DNA of 62,438 nt, counting the filler, from Bdellovibrionota bacterium (lineage in GTDB: Bacteria; Bdellovibrionota; Bdellovibrionia; Bdellovibrionales; JAEYZS01), in assembly GCA_963169515.1 (NCBI GenBank). It is 5 parts of 5 records of this genome, joined end to end, with 100 filler letters (N's around TTAATTAATTAA, not from the genome) between each part and the next. Parts side by side here need not be neighbours in the genome. Positions count along the whole stretch, not along the records: positions 1 to 19,769 come from CAUJEF010000102.1; positions 19,870 to 34,764 come from CAUJEF010000104.1; 3 more parts are not named here. The stretch is one strand, 5' to 3'. Under the pieces are notes generated by a model. That model made no database searches. It saw nothing but the letters and a program-made list of their open reading frames with translations, and was not told the DNA's origin. The translations under genes and the position numbers were made by a program. Below, in pieces: positions 9,486-20,238 of the stretch (positions within the stretch are counted from its first letter, which is position 1; every line of letters begins with the position of its first letter).

Positions 9486-9511
9486 GTATGGTCTCAAAAT
9501 AGAATGATGTT

Positions 9512-10096
9512 TTAAACGGTTCCTAAATAGTGTCCAAGGTTGAGACGAGAAAACGTAGTCAAAAAAGATAGGTGCTCGGAATGAGACAGTTCAGAGTGCT
9601 TTGAAAGTGGTGTTTTTAAGAACTCCAACATTTTTGAATCGATTTGTAAAACACCCTGGGACTGCAATAGTTTAAGTTCGAACTGAGTGCGCAAGATTTC
9701 CAGATGCTGAGAGTTTCGAATCGCTTTAAGGCCGTTACCCAAAAGATCGAACAGAGCCTCGGAAAAGGATTCCCCCTCTTGGGACACGCGGTCTACAAGA
9801 TTTAAAAAATGGAGAGCCAACTGCAGTCGATCGTAATCGCTACGAAGCTGTTCAAAGTCTTCTATCAACTGGGCTTCTTGAAGTGTGCCGAGCCCATCTT
9901 CTAACCGTGCAGGCTTGTAGGTCAATTGGACGTAATGCGTGGGCTGCAGAACCCCCCCGCCGAATCGCTTTTTACTGAGTAGGGCCGAGGGCGCCATAAG
10001 TTTTAATTTTATGCCTCGATTATTAAGAGCATGAACGATCAGATTCGCCTCAGAATGTTTATAGGTTTTTAGGATAAGCGCCCTATCTTTTAACAT
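9512..10096 (-). CDS. recO: DNA repair protein RecO
   Basis: ALILK...SEANLIV, SKKRFGGGVLQP and FELKLL patterns; ATG at 10096 overlaps the upstream gene. Confidence 0.8.
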   Translation of the reverse strand: MLKDRALILKTYKHSEANLIVHALNNRGIKLKLMAPSALLSKKRFGGGVLQPTHYVQLTYKPARLEDGLGTLQEAQLIEDFEQLRSDYDRLQLALHFLNLVDRVSQEGESFSEALFDLLGNGLKAIRNSQHLEILRTQFELKLLQSQGVLQIDSKMLEFLKTPLSKHSELSHSEHLSFLTTFSRLNLGHYLGTV

Positions 10097-11051
10097 TAGG
10101 GAGCCCCTGCTTTCGCATACGAAGATAGAAATAAATCCCAGTAAGACCAACCAGCAACAATGAAATTTGATAGCCAGTAATTAAGGTCGGTCCCAACGGA
10201 GAATCTTTGCCCTGGGCCCACGTGAATAAAATTAAAAACACGGCCTGCCCCACACCCACGCCACCTGGAGATATAGGCAGGCTTGTCGCAATTAATCCGA
10301 TCGGAACAATCCAAAGCAACTGATCAGCCGTAACAAGTCCATCACCAATTTGTGCATTTAAATACATAAAAAATATAATCGCAATAGTTTGTGATACTAC
10401 GCTTATGCCAACAGCAGCTAACAAGGCCCCCTTCATGTTTCTGTAAGAATGGAAGGCATCGTAGATGCGTGAAACGGGTTTTGGAATTTGATGAATTTTA
10501 TTTTTTAGTTTTTCCATTAGAGTTTCAGAAAATGCAAACTTTAAAAAAACAAAAGAGGCAATAAACAGCCCCACAAGAAGCCATAGGAATGCCATCAGTT
10601 CCTTGTGCTGTTCGATAAACTTCCAATGAAAAGCCATCGCCACTAGAGCCATAAGTGCCATTGTAAAAAGGCCGATAAATCGATCTGCAAGGATGCTCAT
10701 TGCCGCATCGAGCTTTCTGTCTTGTTGGTTCTGCAAAAGATAATATCCCTTGACGACGTCACCACCCACGCCCCCAGGCATTGCAAAATTGAATATCAAT
10801 CCGATCAACGTCAGTGGCAATGTCTGGCGGTTTGATGCGGAAAATTTTCGCGCTCTCAACAGCAGTGTCCAGCGCACATTATTTAAAAATATACTTAGGA
10901 AAATAAGACCAACAGAAAAAACGGCAGCATGTGTGGGAAGGTTTCTATAGACCTGGAGATTTAAGAAGCCCTTTTTATCAATCCAATATATCAAGCCTAC
11001 TGCGACTACAATTTTGAAAGTCAAAGCTGCATACTGCTTTATGCGATTCAT
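10083..11051 (-). CDS. Lysylphosphatidylglycerol-synthase TM / flippase-like membrane protein
   Basis: RW..LL, FNFAMPGGVGGDVVK, DRFIG and PISPGGVGV motifs. Confidence 0.88.
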   Translation of the reverse strand: MNRIKQYAALTFKIVVAVGLIYWIDKKGFLNLQVYRNLPTHAAVFSVGLIFLSIFLNNVRWTLLLRARKFSASNRQTLPLTLIGLIFNFAMPGGVGGDVVKGYYLLQNQQDRKLDAAMSILADRFIGLFTMALMALVAMAFHWKFIEQHKELMAFLWLLVGLFIASFVFLKFAFSETLMEKLKNKIHQIPKPVSRIYDAFHSYRNMKGALLAAVGISVVSQTIAIIFFMYLNAQIGDGLVTADQLLWIVPIGLIATSLPISPGGVGVGQAVFLILFTWAQGKDSPLGPTLITGYQISLLLVGLTGIYFYLRMRKQGLPNVKR

Positions 11052-11138
11052 AGCTGTTCCAACATTGATTAAATGCTTGTCATTCAGTTGTACGACGTAA
11101 TAGATTGAAATGCCAAGGATAACGATCAAGGATGCCCC

Positions 11139-12467
11139 ATGAAATTAGCAATGGTAGGAACTGGTTACGTCGGATTAGTTGCTGGTGTTTGTTTTGCGGA
11201 TGCCGCGCATAGCGTTACGTGTGTGGACGTCGACCTTCGAAAAATCGAAATGCTTAAGAAAAATCAAATCCCAATTTACGAACCAGGGCTCGAGGAACTG
11301 TTAAAGCAATGCGCACTCAAAGAAAGCATTACATTTACAACTGATACAGCAAAAGCTGTAAAAGAAAATTCCGTGATTTTTATCGCCGTAGGTACGCCTG
11401 AAAAGGCCGACGGCAATGCGGATTTAGGCCCCACGTTTAAAGTTTGCGAAGACATCGCTAAAAATGCAAACGAAGACAAAATCGTTGTTTTAAAAAGCAC
11501 TGTTCCGATTGGAACGTGTAATGAAGTTAAAAAATTATTCAAAACACACACAAAACACCACGTTGAAGTCGTAAATAATCCTGAATTTTTAAAGGAAGGC
11601 GCGGCCTTGGATGACTTCTTACGGCCCGACCGAATTGTCATCGGCTGTGCATCTGAATACGCAAAGAGCGTGATGCAAGAACTCTATGAGCCATTCGTAA
11701 AAAATGGGCATCCAATTGTTTTTATGGATAATATTTCGGCCGAAATGACAAAATATGCTGCTAATTCATTTTTATCTGTGAAAATTAGTTTTATCAACGA
11801 AATGGCAAAGCTGGCGGATAAGGTTGGCGCAGATATCAATTCGGTCCGCAGGGGCTTCACATCTGATTCTCGAATCAACCCCGCATTTTTCTATCCTGGT
11901 ATTGGATTTGGTGGTAGCTGCTTCCCAAAAGATGTCCAAGCCTTGATTCAAACCGGAGCGAAAAACGAAACGCCGATGAAGATTGTAAGCGCAGCTTATG
12001 AAGTGAATCAGGAACAAAAATCTTATTTGATTACTCTGGCTCAAAAACATTTTGGAAATCTTAAAGGAAAAAAATTCGCCCTGTGGGGGTTAAGTTTTAA
12101 ACCAAAAACGGACGACGTTCGCGAAGCACCCGCGTTGGATATGATTGAAAAATTATACGAACTCGGCGCTACCGTTTCAGCGTATGACCCCGTCGCCATG
12201 GACAATGCGATTCGAAACTCGAAATTTTCGTTTGAATTAGCCAAAAATCCGATGGCAGCAGTCGTCGGCGCGGATGCTTTGATCCTTGCCACGGAATGGA
12301 ATGAATTTCGGGCTCCGGATTTCAGTAGTTTAAAAAAGCAACTCAAATCACCCGTCGTATTTGATGGTCGAAATATCTATGATCCGTTAAAAATGAAAAA
12401 GTTAGGATTCAAGTACTATTCCATAGGACGGCAGATCCTAACCGAGAGTGAGAGTACAAATGGCTAA
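11139..12467 (+). CDS. ugd: UDP-glucose 6-dehydrogenase
   Basis: GTGYVG, PIYEPGL, KSTVP, NPEFLKEG, GFGGSCFPKD, FKPKTDDVRE. Confidence 0.96.
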   Translation: MKLAMVGTGYVGLVAGVCFADAAHSVTCVDVDLRKIEMLKKNQIPIYEPGLEELLKQCALKESITFTTDTAKAVKENSVIFIAVGTPEKADGNADLGPTFKVCEDIAKNANEDKIVVLKSTVPIGTCNEVKKLFKTHTKHHVEVVNNPEFLKEGAALDDFLRPDRIVIGCASEYAKSVMQELYEPFVKNGHPIVFMDNISAEMTKYAANSFLSVKISFINEMAKLADKVGADINSVRRGFTSDSRINPAFFYPGIGFGGSCFPKDVQALIQTGAKNETPMKIVSAAYEVNQEQKSYLITLAQKHFGNLKGKKFALWGLSFKPKTDDVREAPALDMIEKLYELGATVSAYDPVAMDNAIRNSKFSFELAKNPMAAVVGADALILATEWNEFRAPDFSSLKKQLKSPVVFDGRNIYDPLKMKKLGFKYYSIGRQILTESESTNG

Positions 12468-13392
12468 AAAGGCCCTTGTCGCCGGTGGCGCCGGATTTAT
12501 GGGTTCGCACCTGTGCGAGCTTTTATTAGAAAAAAGTTATACCGTACACGCGATCGATAATCTTGTGACTGGGAGTCGCCAGAATATTCAACCCCTTGTT
12601 GAAAAAGGTTTGAATTGGCTAGATGTCGACATCACGTCTGATTTTTATTTAAATGAATCCTATGATGAAATTTATAATTTGGCTTCCCCAGCCTCTCCGA
12701 TTGATTTTGAAAAAATGCCAATTTTTATTTTAGAAACAGCTGCACGAGGACATAAAAATCTTTTAAAGCAAGCGCGAGAGATGAATGCCCGGATCCTGTA
12801 CGCTAGCACCTCAGAGGTCTATGGGGATCCCTTGGAGCACCCTCAAAAAGAAGAATATAGAGGCAATGTCAGCACAACTGGGCCGCGCAGTTGTTATGAC
12901 GAAGGTAAACGATACGGAGAGGCTCTTACAATGGCATTCCGCCGAGAATACGCCGTCGATACGCGCATTGTTCGCATTTTTAATACTTATGGTCCACGTA
13001 TGCGCCCAGAAGATGGACGCGTAATTCCAAACTTTTTTGTCCAAGCATTAAAGGGAAAACCACTAACATTGTACGGTGACGGCAAGCAAACACGAAGCTT
13101 TTGTTATATTCGCGACGAGGTCGAGGGTATATTTGCACTGATGCAGTCAAAAGAATTTATGCCAGTAAACATTGGCAATCCAACCGAATTTTCAATGATT
13201 CAAATTGCAGAAAAAATTAATCAATTGACAGGAAATAGAGCGGGGATGATTTTCAAACCACTGCCAACGGACGATCCAATAAAACGCAAACCAGATATCT
13301 CTCGAGCCAAGGAAATTTTGGGATGGGCCCCGAAATATGATCTGCAAAAGGGTCTTGAACTCACCCACGATTATTTTAAATCAATAGTTTAG
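12460..13392 (+). CDS. uxs: UDP-glucuronate decarboxylase (UDP-xylose synthase)
   Basis: GGAGFMGSHL, LASPASP, STSEVYGDP, RSCYDEGKR, RIFNTYGPRM. Confidence 0.92.
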   Translation: MAKKALVAGGAGFMGSHLCELLLEKSYTVHAIDNLVTGSRQNIQPLVEKGLNWLDVDITSDFYLNESYDEIYNLASPASPIDFEKMPIFILETAARGHKNLLKQAREMNARILYASTSEVYGDPLEHPQKEEYRGNVSTTGPRSCYDEGKRYGEALTMAFRREYAVDTRIVRIFNTYGPRMRPEDGRVIPNFFVQALKGKPLTLYGDGKQTRSFCYIRDEVEGIFALMQSKEFMPVNIGNPTEFSMIQIAEKINQLTGNRAGMIFKPLPTDDPIKRKPDISRAKEILGWAPKYDLQKGLELTHDYFKSIV

Positions 13393-13589
13393 AAAAACTT
13401 ATAGTTCACATTTTCTTGACGTGACAGCGCGAGAGAAAACTAGACCTTTTAATTTTTTATCAAAGATACAGCTACGATAGCAGTTGGTGTCACCATTGTT
13501 TGCCCGGGCTTAAAAATTTTTTAATTTGCCCGATCATACCAGCCACTGCGAAGCTTAGTGATCAAAATCAAAGAAAGAAGGAGAAAAAT

Positions 13590-13997
13590 ATGTCTACAAC
13601 AACCAAGCGAATCCAAACTCTAGATGTCGCCTTATCGCCGGAACCAGGCTCACTTGCAAAAATCTATAATGGGTTTAGAGAAGTCGGCGTGAATGTTATC
13701 GCAAGCTGGGGCTATGAAATGGGCCCCGGGGAAGCACAAGCGCACTTCTATGCTGCTGATATTGAAAAAGCAAAAACAACTTTAACAAAAATGGGCTTCA
13801 AACCACAAATAAATAACGCTTGCTGGATTGAAGGTGATGACCGCGTCGGGGCTTATGCGGAAGTCTTAACCAAACTTGCCAAAGCTAATGTGAATGTTGA
13901 CGCAACAGACGCATTTGCAATTGGTGATCGCTTCGCTGCTGTTTTGTTTACGCAACCAAAACAGTGGGCCGCTCTTTGTAAAGCCCTCAGTCTTTAA
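13590..13997 (+). CDS. Tandem ACT-domain protein
   Basis: Two PG.LA/VG.YA..L..AxVNV repeats; AAGGAG RBS. Confidence 0.7.
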   Translation: MSTTTKRIQTLDVALSPEPGSLAKIYNGFREVGVNVIASWGYEMGPGEAQAHFYAADIEKAKTTLTKMGFKPQINNACWIEGDDRVGAYAEVLTKLAKANVNVDATDAFAIGDRFAAVLFTQPKQWAALCKALSL

Positions 13998-14019
13998 TTT
14001 TATTTTCCTTATTTAATAT

Positions 14020-14048
14020 AAAAGCCCGCTTTTCAAAAGCGGGCTTTT
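14020..14048. terminator. Bidirectional intrinsic terminator
   Basis: AAAAGCCCGCTTTT-C-AAAAGCGGGCTTTT between convergent genes. Confidence 0.85.
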
Positions 14049-14049
14049 C

Positions 14050-14568
14050 CTAAATCCCAGCCTTGGACCTCTCGCCATCGTCAAGAATGGTCTGTATTCC
14101 ACCTTTTAATTGCGGCCGATATGCAAGATCTTGGATGCCATAGATAAAATTCGACCCGTTCTTGCCTGCGACTTGCCACTCGGGGCCCATACGAATGGCA
14201 TCGACCGGACATGCCTCCTCACAAAATCCGCAGAAAACACAACGAAGCATATCGATTTCATAAGAAATTGGATATTTTTCTACGGTTGGGTCCGGGTGCT
14301 CACTTGCAATTATTGTAATACAATCCGCAGGGCAATTCGTTGCACATAACATACAGGCGGTACAGCGCAAGCTTCCATCTTTTTTTACGGTAAGAATATG
14401 CGTACCCTTGAAACGTGGGGAATAATCGTACTTCTCCTCTGGGTAATTGAGGGTCTGCATTTTGCTGCGATTGCCAAGATTCCACAACATCTTCTTCATT
14501 GTGATTCCAAGGCCCGTAAAAATTGCTGGCAAATACCAATTTACTTTTGGTTCAGGCAAGCGGCTCAT
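14050..14568 (-). CDS. nuoI: NADH-quinone oxidoreductase subunit I
   Basis: CTACMLCATNCP and CVFCGFCEEACP 2x[4Fe-4S] motifs; YPEEK. Confidence 0.95.
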   Translation of the reverse strand: MSRLPEPKVNWYLPAIFTGLGITMKKMLWNLGNRSKMQTLNYPEEKYDYSPRFKGTHILTVKKDGSLRCTACMLCATNCPADCITIIASEHPDPTVEKYPISYEIDMLRCVFCGFCEEACPVDAIRMGPEWQVAGKNGSNFIYGIQDLAYRPQLKGGIQTILDDGERSKAGI

Positions 14569-16049
14569 GCCAAGCCCCCAAGTGGGGATGTATATTCAAC
14601 GTCGACACGCTCCCCTTTTATTGCGATTGCAAATTCATCAAGCGACAGGGCTTCTCCAACAATGGTTGTACCCTTCTTTATTTTTTGTTCGATCCCTTTG
14701 TAATTCACAAAAGTTCCGTTTTTTTCGACAAAAGATTTCATTGGAACGATCCAATGGGCCGCAAACAACACGGGGTTTTTGCATGAAGATAGCCAAACAA
14801 GCGTTTGAGATTTTGACCATGCATCCACCGATTTTTGAAGATCAGGATAGAAGGCTTGAACCTCTGGCCCTGCGACAATAATCAATGTGTGCTTCTTTGG
14901 GTCCAAGTCTTTTGCGTTCCTTAAGTTTATGTTAGCCTTCTTGGCCTCTGCCCGAAGACCTGCCGTATTTGGATTCCGATCCCCTCGCAAGAGTAATCCA
15001 TCAAACTCTTCCATTTTTTCAGGATTGTTTACCCAATGATAAAAATCTTTAATTCCAAAATCTTTCATTGTTGCAAAAAATGAAGCATATTCTTCAGATG
15101 TATATTGGCCAGTCAAAACAGCAGCCGCTTCGTTCACATTTTTTCGTAATAGCACACCGATTTCTCTTGTCGCCTGAATTGGAGAATACTCTTCGCTGGT
15201 TCCGTTTACATTTTTAACAGCTGAAGTTTGGCGCTTTTCCAGATTTACGAATTTATACATATCGCGACCCGTGTCACACATCCAATGCCCATTCACTTCT
15301 TTGTTATAAACAGGCTTGATTCGATAAAAACCATTTTCGTTGTAGTATGCCTTCACGTTACAGCCCGTCGAACAGCCATTGCAGATAGTATTGAAATCTT
15401 TTAAGTACCACACGCGTTGTTTAAATCGAAAATCCTTTGATGTGAGCGCACCGACGGGACAGATATCAACAACATTATATGAATAGTTATTGTTCAGTGG
15501 TCTTTCTTGGTAAACTCCGACTTCCGCGTGGTCTCCACGATTAAAAATAGAAAGCTCGTTTGTTTTGGTCACTTCCGAGGTAAATCGCACACACCTGTCA
15601 CAGAGAATACAACGCTCGCTGTCCAATACAACTGTGGGACCAAGATCCACTACTTTTTTTTTCTTAACTTTTTTCTCGGCCATAGCAGGATCGTATTTGC
15701 CATAGGTCATATAGTATTCTTGTAGACCACATTCACCCGCCTGATCACAAATTGGACAGTCCAGTGGATGATTGATTAAATGGAATCCAAGAATCCATTC
15801 AACTGCCTCTTTTACTTTTGCGTCTTCGTTGGAAGCAACCATGCCCTCCGTGACCTTGGTGTTACATGCAATTTGAAGCTTTGGGTTGCCCTCTACTTTC
15901 ACCATACACATACGGCAGACACCCGCTACGCTAAGACCAGGGTGCCAGCAATAATGGGCGATATTTTGCTCCAACTTCATGAAAGCCTCGATAACTGTCG
16001 TGCCCTCAGCAACTTCAATTTGCTTTCCGTTAATGGTGCATTTCGGCAT
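14565..16049 (-). CDS. nuoG: NADH-quinone oxidoreductase subunit G (short form)
   Basis: HYCWHPGL..GVCRMC, HPLDCPICDQAGEC, CILCDRC, CNGCSTGC. Confidence 0.93.
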   Translation of the reverse strand: MPKCTINGKQIEVAEGTTVIEAFMKLEQNIAHYCWHPGLSVAGVCRMCMVKVEGNPKLQIACNTKVTEGMVASNEDAKVKEAVEWILGFHLINHPLDCPICDQAGECGLQEYYMTYGKYDPAMAEKKVKKKKVVDLGPTVVLDSERCILCDRCVRFTSEVTKTNELSIFNRGDHAEVGVYQERPLNNNYSYNVVDICPVGALTSKDFRFKQRVWYLKDFNTICNGCSTGCNVKAYYNENGFYRIKPVYNKEVNGHWMCDTGRDMYKFVNLEKRQTSAVKNVNGTSEEYSPIQATREIGVLLRKNVNEAAAVLTGQYTSEEYASFFATMKDFGIKDFYHWVNNPEKMEEFDGLLLRGDRNPNTAGLRAEAKKANINLRNAKDLDPKKHTLIIVAGPEVQAFYPDLQKSVDAWSKSQTLVWLSSCKNPVLFAAHWIVPMKSFVEKNGTFVNYKGIEQKIKKGTTIVGEALSLDEFAIAIKGERVDVEYTSPLGGLA

Positions 16050-17319
16050 ATGAGCTTCCTTTAACTTTTGATCGGCCTTCCCGGATGTAATATTCGAATT
16101 CGTCACGAAATTTATTTACAAAGCTAATGGTCGGCAACGCTGCCGCATCTGCCAGAGCGCAAATTGTTCGGCCCATCATGTTTTTCGCAACTTGATCCAG
16201 CAGATCCACGTCTTGTTGGCGGCCACGGCCGTGGATTATACTATTTAGCACCTTGTCGATCCAGCCTGTACCCTCACGACATGGGGTGCATTGTCCACAA
16301 GACTCATGGTGATAAAAATGAAGGATTACACCCAACAAATCTACCATACAGCGGCTGTCATCAATAACAGTGATCGCGCCTGATCCCAACATCGTGCCCA
16401 TCTGTGCAAGACATTCATAGTCCATCGTGGCTTTCATAGCTTCTTCCGCCGTCAAAACAGGGGCTGACGTACCGCCAGGAATTACCGCCTTAAGCGAGCG
16501 ACCCTGTTTTAAACCACCGCCTTCATTATTGATTAGGTCCTTCAATGGATACCCAAGAGGAACCTCGTAATTTCCTGGTTTTCTTATGTCACCACTCAAC
16601 GAAAATAATTTTGTCCCTGGGGATTTTTCTGTTCCGTGTTTTTTATATGCAGCCGCACCGTCACGAATAATATATTTAACTGCCGCCAGTGTTTCCACGT
16701 TGTTTACTATTGTGGGTTTTTCCAAATAGCCTGATACCGCAGGAAATGGGGGCTTTAATTTGGGCTGACCTTTTTTGCCTTCAAGCGAGGAGATCATTCC
16801 CGTCTCTTCGCCGCAGATGTAAGCCCCAGCGCCGCGATACACATCCAGATGATGAGTAAAACCAGAACCTAAAATGTTTTCACCCAGGTAACCAGCCTGA
16901 TAGGCTTCTTTGATTGCATTTTCCAAAACGCGAGCAGCATAGGTGTATTCACCACGAATATAAACATAAGATTTTTTAGACTGAATTCCGTATGCAGAAA
17001 TTATCATGCCTTCAATCATTTGGTGTGGGGCGCGCTCCATCATCATACGATCTTTAAATGTGCACGGCTCGCCTTCGTCTGCATTGCAAAGCAAGTAGCG
17101 CGGTTGGCCGTTGTTAGGTAAAAATGTCCACTTCATTCCCGTCGGAAATCCTGCCCCCCCACGACCGCGCAGGCCGGCCGCTTTGACTTCGGCTACGATC
17201 TCTTCTGGCTTCATTTTCAAAGCTTTTTTCAAAACTTCGTATCCACCGAGTTTTTTATAGCCAGAAATGCCCTGAAATTCGTCTTTATCGTAATGTTCTG
17301 TGAGTAATTTCACTTCCAT
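16030..17319 (-). CDS. nuoF: NADH-quinone oxidoreductase subunit F
   Basis: GRGGAGFPTG, NADEGEP, GAGAYICGEETG, ESCGQCTPCREG. Confidence 0.97.
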   Translation of the reverse strand: MEVKLLTEHYDKDEFQGISGYKKLGGYEVLKKALKMKPEEIVAEVKAAGLRGRGGAGFPTGMKWTFLPNNGQPRYLLCNADEGEPCTFKDRMMMERAPHQMIEGMIISAYGIQSKKSYVYIRGEYTYAARVLENAIKEAYQAGYLGENILGSGFTHHLDVYRGAGAYICGEETGMISSLEGKKGQPKLKPPFPAVSGYLEKPTIVNNVETLAAVKYIIRDGAAAYKKHGTEKSPGTKLFSLSGDIRKPGNYEVPLGYPLKDLINNEGGGLKQGRSLKAVIPGGTSAPVLTAEEAMKATMDYECLAQMGTMLGSGAITVIDDSRCMVDLLGVILHFYHHESCGQCTPCREGTGWIDKVLNSIIHGRGRQQDVDLLDQVAKNMMGRTICALADAAALPTISFVNKFRDEFEYYIREGRSKVKGSSYAEMHH

Positions 17320-17795
17320 TATTGTAGTTCCTTGAGAAGCTTATCCATTTTTTCAATAGACATATTTTCAATGTAGTCATCGTGGTTGATTTGCACGACG
17401 GGCCCCGTATTACAAGACCCCAAACATTCCACTCGTGTCACCGTGAATTTTTTGTCTGCAGAAAGTTCGTCTTCATGAATATTTAATGTTGTACATAAAT
17501 GCTTCACAATCTCGCGGCTGCCGGCCATACAACAAGCGACGTTCGTGCAAACTTGAATGTGATGTTTCCCGACAGGCTTCTTGTTGTACATCGTGTAAAA
17601 CGTAAGTACCTCACTGATATGGCTAATAGGAATTTCCATCACTTCTGAAAGATGCATTACAACGTCAGGCGAAATCCAACCGTCATTTTCACTCTGCGCG
17701 ATATAAAGTGCTGGCAAAATAGCCGAGCGCCTCGTTTCATAGCGAGTAAGCTCTTTTTTTATTTTTTCAAGTCCATCTTTTGATAGCTTAAACAT
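17319..17795 (-). CDS. nuoE: NADH-quinone oxidoreductase subunit E
   Basis: TFYTMY, CTNVAC, ECLGSC. Confidence 0.95.
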   Translation of the reverse strand: MFKLSKDGLEKIKKELTRYETRRSAILPALYIAQSENDGWISPDVVMHLSEVMEIPISHISEVLTFYTMYNKKPVGKHHIQVCTNVACCMAGSREIVKHLCTTLNIHEDELSADKKFTVTRVECLGSCNTGPVVQINHDDYIENMSIEKMDKLLKELQ

Positions 17796-17796
17796 A

Positions 17797-19482
17797 TTAT
17801 CTGTCCAATTCCCCCGCTATGAGGTTCAAACTGCCAAGTACTGCAACTACATCCGCAACCAAGCCACCATCAATCAGTTCAGAAAACGATTGATAAATTG
17901 CAAAGCACGGAGGGCGTACATGCAAACGGTACGGCTTGGGGCCCCCGTCACTCACCAAATAAAAACCGAGTTCCCCATTTGCTGCTTCGGTTGCATCGTA
18001 GATTTCGCCTTTCGGAGCACGAAGACCTTTGATCACCAACATAAAATGGTTCATCAGACCTTCGATGTTTCCATAAACATCTTTTTTTTCTGGTAGTACA
18101 ATGTCCTTGTCTCGAATCGTATAGTCTCCGCTTGGCACATTGCGAGCCACTTGTTCAATAATTCTGCACGACTGGCGCATTTCTTCTAAGCGAACAAGAT
18201 AACGATCATAAACACAACCCGTGGTTCCTGTTGGAACATCAAAATCTAATTGATCATAGCCGTAATACGGGTCCACTTTGCGCAAATCTAAATTTATTCC
18301 AGTTGCACGCAAACACGGGCCTGTAAAACCATATTCAATTGCACGCTCAGGGGAAATCCCACCTACCTTTTTTGTTCTTTGAATCCAAATTTTATTATTT
18401 GTAAGCATTTTATCCAAATCATCGATACCTGCTTTTATTTTTTGAACGCACTTCAAAACGTCGTCGAACCAGCCAGGCGGTGGTTCGTAAGCGATGCCGC
18501 CGACCCTTGTCATTGATACCGTCAGGCGTGCGCCGCAGAGCTTTTCAAAAACGGTATAAACCTCTTCACGGAGACCGAAGAGATAAAAAAATCCGGTCAA
18601 TGCTCCCAAATCCACGGCGTTGGCGCCAATACACACAATGTGATCGATGCAACGGCTCAATTCTGCAAGAATAATGCGAATCGCTTGTGCTTTAGGCGGA
18701 ATTTCAACACCCAACATTTTTTCGACGGCTTTGCAATAGCCGATATTGTTCATCGGTGCCGAACAGTAGTTCAAACGATCTGTGTATGGGATAACTTGGT
18801 TGTAATAATGAGTCTCTGCCATTTTTTCAAAACAACGATGTAAAAATCCGAGCTCAACATTGGAGCGATTAATTGTTTCTCCATCTAACTCTACCATCAC
18901 CCTCAACGTGCCATGGGTTGCTGGGTGCGATGGGCCTATATTCAAAGGTACCAGGTTTTTGGTTGGATCCTTGATATAGCTGTCATCGTTAGTGAAATGA
19001 ACTGGCAAAACATCTTTGCACGACTGCTGGTTGTTTGGGTCATAATCCTTGCGAAGCGGATGACCTTTAAAATGATGATGGGTTAAAATTTTTCGCAAAA
19101 ACGGATGGCCTTTGAAAATTATACCAAACATATCATAGGTTTCACGCTCAAACCAATTTGCACCCGCCCACACAGAAGTGGCTGAATCAATGGTTTCGTT
19201 CTCGCCAACCTGGCATTTAACACGTAATCGTTTTTGAGTTTTAGAACTATAAAGATGATAAAGGACCTCGAAGCGCTTTGGGCGATCTGGATAGTCCGCA
19301 CCACATACATCCATTAAGAAATCAAACTTTCCAGATTGCTTCAAATGGCGCAGGGTTGGAAGAATTTGCTCTTTTGGGATTTCTAGAACGTCATTGCCAA
19401 AAGCATGACGAAATTCCCAACCGCTGAGGTTGTTAAATTTTTGCGTAAAATCAGATCGGAGGCTGTCCAGCTGCAAACTCAT
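17797..19482 (-). CDS. nuoCD: Fused NADH-quinone oxidoreductase subunit C/D
   Basis: [29 protein letters not shown]-terminal GELDR; ATGA overlap with nuoB. Confidence 0.95.
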   Translation of the reverse strand: MSLQLDSLRSDFTQKFNNLSGWEFRHAFGNDVLEIPKEQILPTLRHLKQSGKFDFLMDVCGADYPDRPKRFEVLYHLYSSKTQKRLRVKCQVGENETIDSATSVWAGANWFERETYDMFGIIFKGHPFLRKILTHHHFKGHPLRKDYDPNNQQSCKDVLPVHFTNDDSYIKDPTKNLVPLNIGPSHPATHGTLRVMVELDGETINRSNVELGFLHRCFEKMAETHYYNQVIPYTDRLNYCSAPMNNIGYCKAVEKMLGVEIPPKAQAIRIILAELSRCIDHIVCIGANAVDLGALTGFFYLFGLREEVYTVFEKLCGARLTVSMTRVGGIAYEPPPGWFDDVLKCVQKIKAGIDDLDKMLTNNKIWIQRTKKVGGISPERAIEYGFTGPCLRATGINLDLRKVDPYYGYDQLDFDVPTGTTGCVYDRYLVRLEEMRQSCRIIEQVARNVPSGDYTIRDKDIVLPEKKDVYGNIEGLMNHFMLVIKGLRAPKGEIYDATEAANGELGFYLVSDGGPKPYRLHVRPPCFAIYQSFSELIDGGLVADVVAVLGSLNLIAGELDR

Positions 19483-19769
19483 AATCCCGGATCCTTCCAT
19501 TTATCTTTCCATGGGCGCGGAGCGTTTGTTTCAATCAAATTTTGAAGCATCATTACGCCATCAAGCACGGCCTCTGGAGATGGTGGACAACCTGGAACAT
19601 AAACGTCGACTGGGATAACTTTGTCGATGCCTTGCAAAACGTGATAAGCTCGGTAAAAACCACCTGAACTTGCACACGCACCCATAGACAGGACATATTT
19701 AGGTTCTAACATTTGTCTGTAGACATGAATGAGCACGGGAACCATTTTTTCTGTGATTGTTCCTGCCAC
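19479..19769 (-). CDS. nuoB: NADH-quinone oxidoreductase subunit B, 5' truncated by the contig end
   Basis: [10 protein letters not shown] and [11 protein letters not shown] motifs. Confidence 0.93.
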   Translation of the reverse strand: MAGTITEKMVPVLIHVYRQMLEPKYVLSMGACASSGGFYRAYHVLQGIDKVIPVDVYVPGCPPSPEAVLDGVMMLQNLIETNAPRPWKDKWKDPGL

Positions 19770-19869
19770 NNNNNNNNNNNNNNNNNNNNNNNNNNNNNNN
19801 NNNNNNNNNNNNNTTAATTAATTAANNNNNNNNNNNNNNNNNNNNNNNNNNNNNNNNNNNNNNNNNNNN
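19770..19869. other. Artificial contig spacer
   Basis: N-run with central TTAATTAATTAA. Confidence 0.97.
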
Positions 19870-20238
19870 TTTAATCTTGATGTGGTTCCGACTCCGGATA
19901 AACTGGTGAGCATTTATTGGGGTGTTATTTCTAATAAAAATCAAATTAGAGATGCAAGTTTTAGAGAAAAAATACAATTTGCGATTTCGGTTTTTCGGGG
20001 GGTTGGGCTGACCCAAATGATCGAATGTGCAATTAGATTGGATAACTTTTGGGTACTGACAAAGATAGCCTTTTTACGGATTGGTTGGATTTTTAGAACG
20101 ATTGGCAAAGTTAAGGTTTTTGAGATAAATCGTGAGTTCGCTGAAGGGGTAAGCGCGCTGAAAGCTCATCAAAATTCTTTATCAAATGAAAATAGGCGTT
20201 TGAGTTCGCCTGTTTCTGAAACATTTGATGATTTATAA
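19870..20238 (+). CDS. Partial ORF at the contig edge, possibly a glycosyltransferase C-terminus
   Basis: Frame is open from the contig start and has an amphipathic basic/aromatic tail; sits next to GT genes. Confidence 0.35.
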   Translation, partial: FNLDVVPTPDKLVSIYWGVISNKNQIRDASFREKIQFAISVFRGVGLTQMIECAIRLDNFWVLTKIAFLRIGWIFRTIGKVKVFEINREFAEGVSALKAHQNSLSNENRRLSSPVSETFDDL

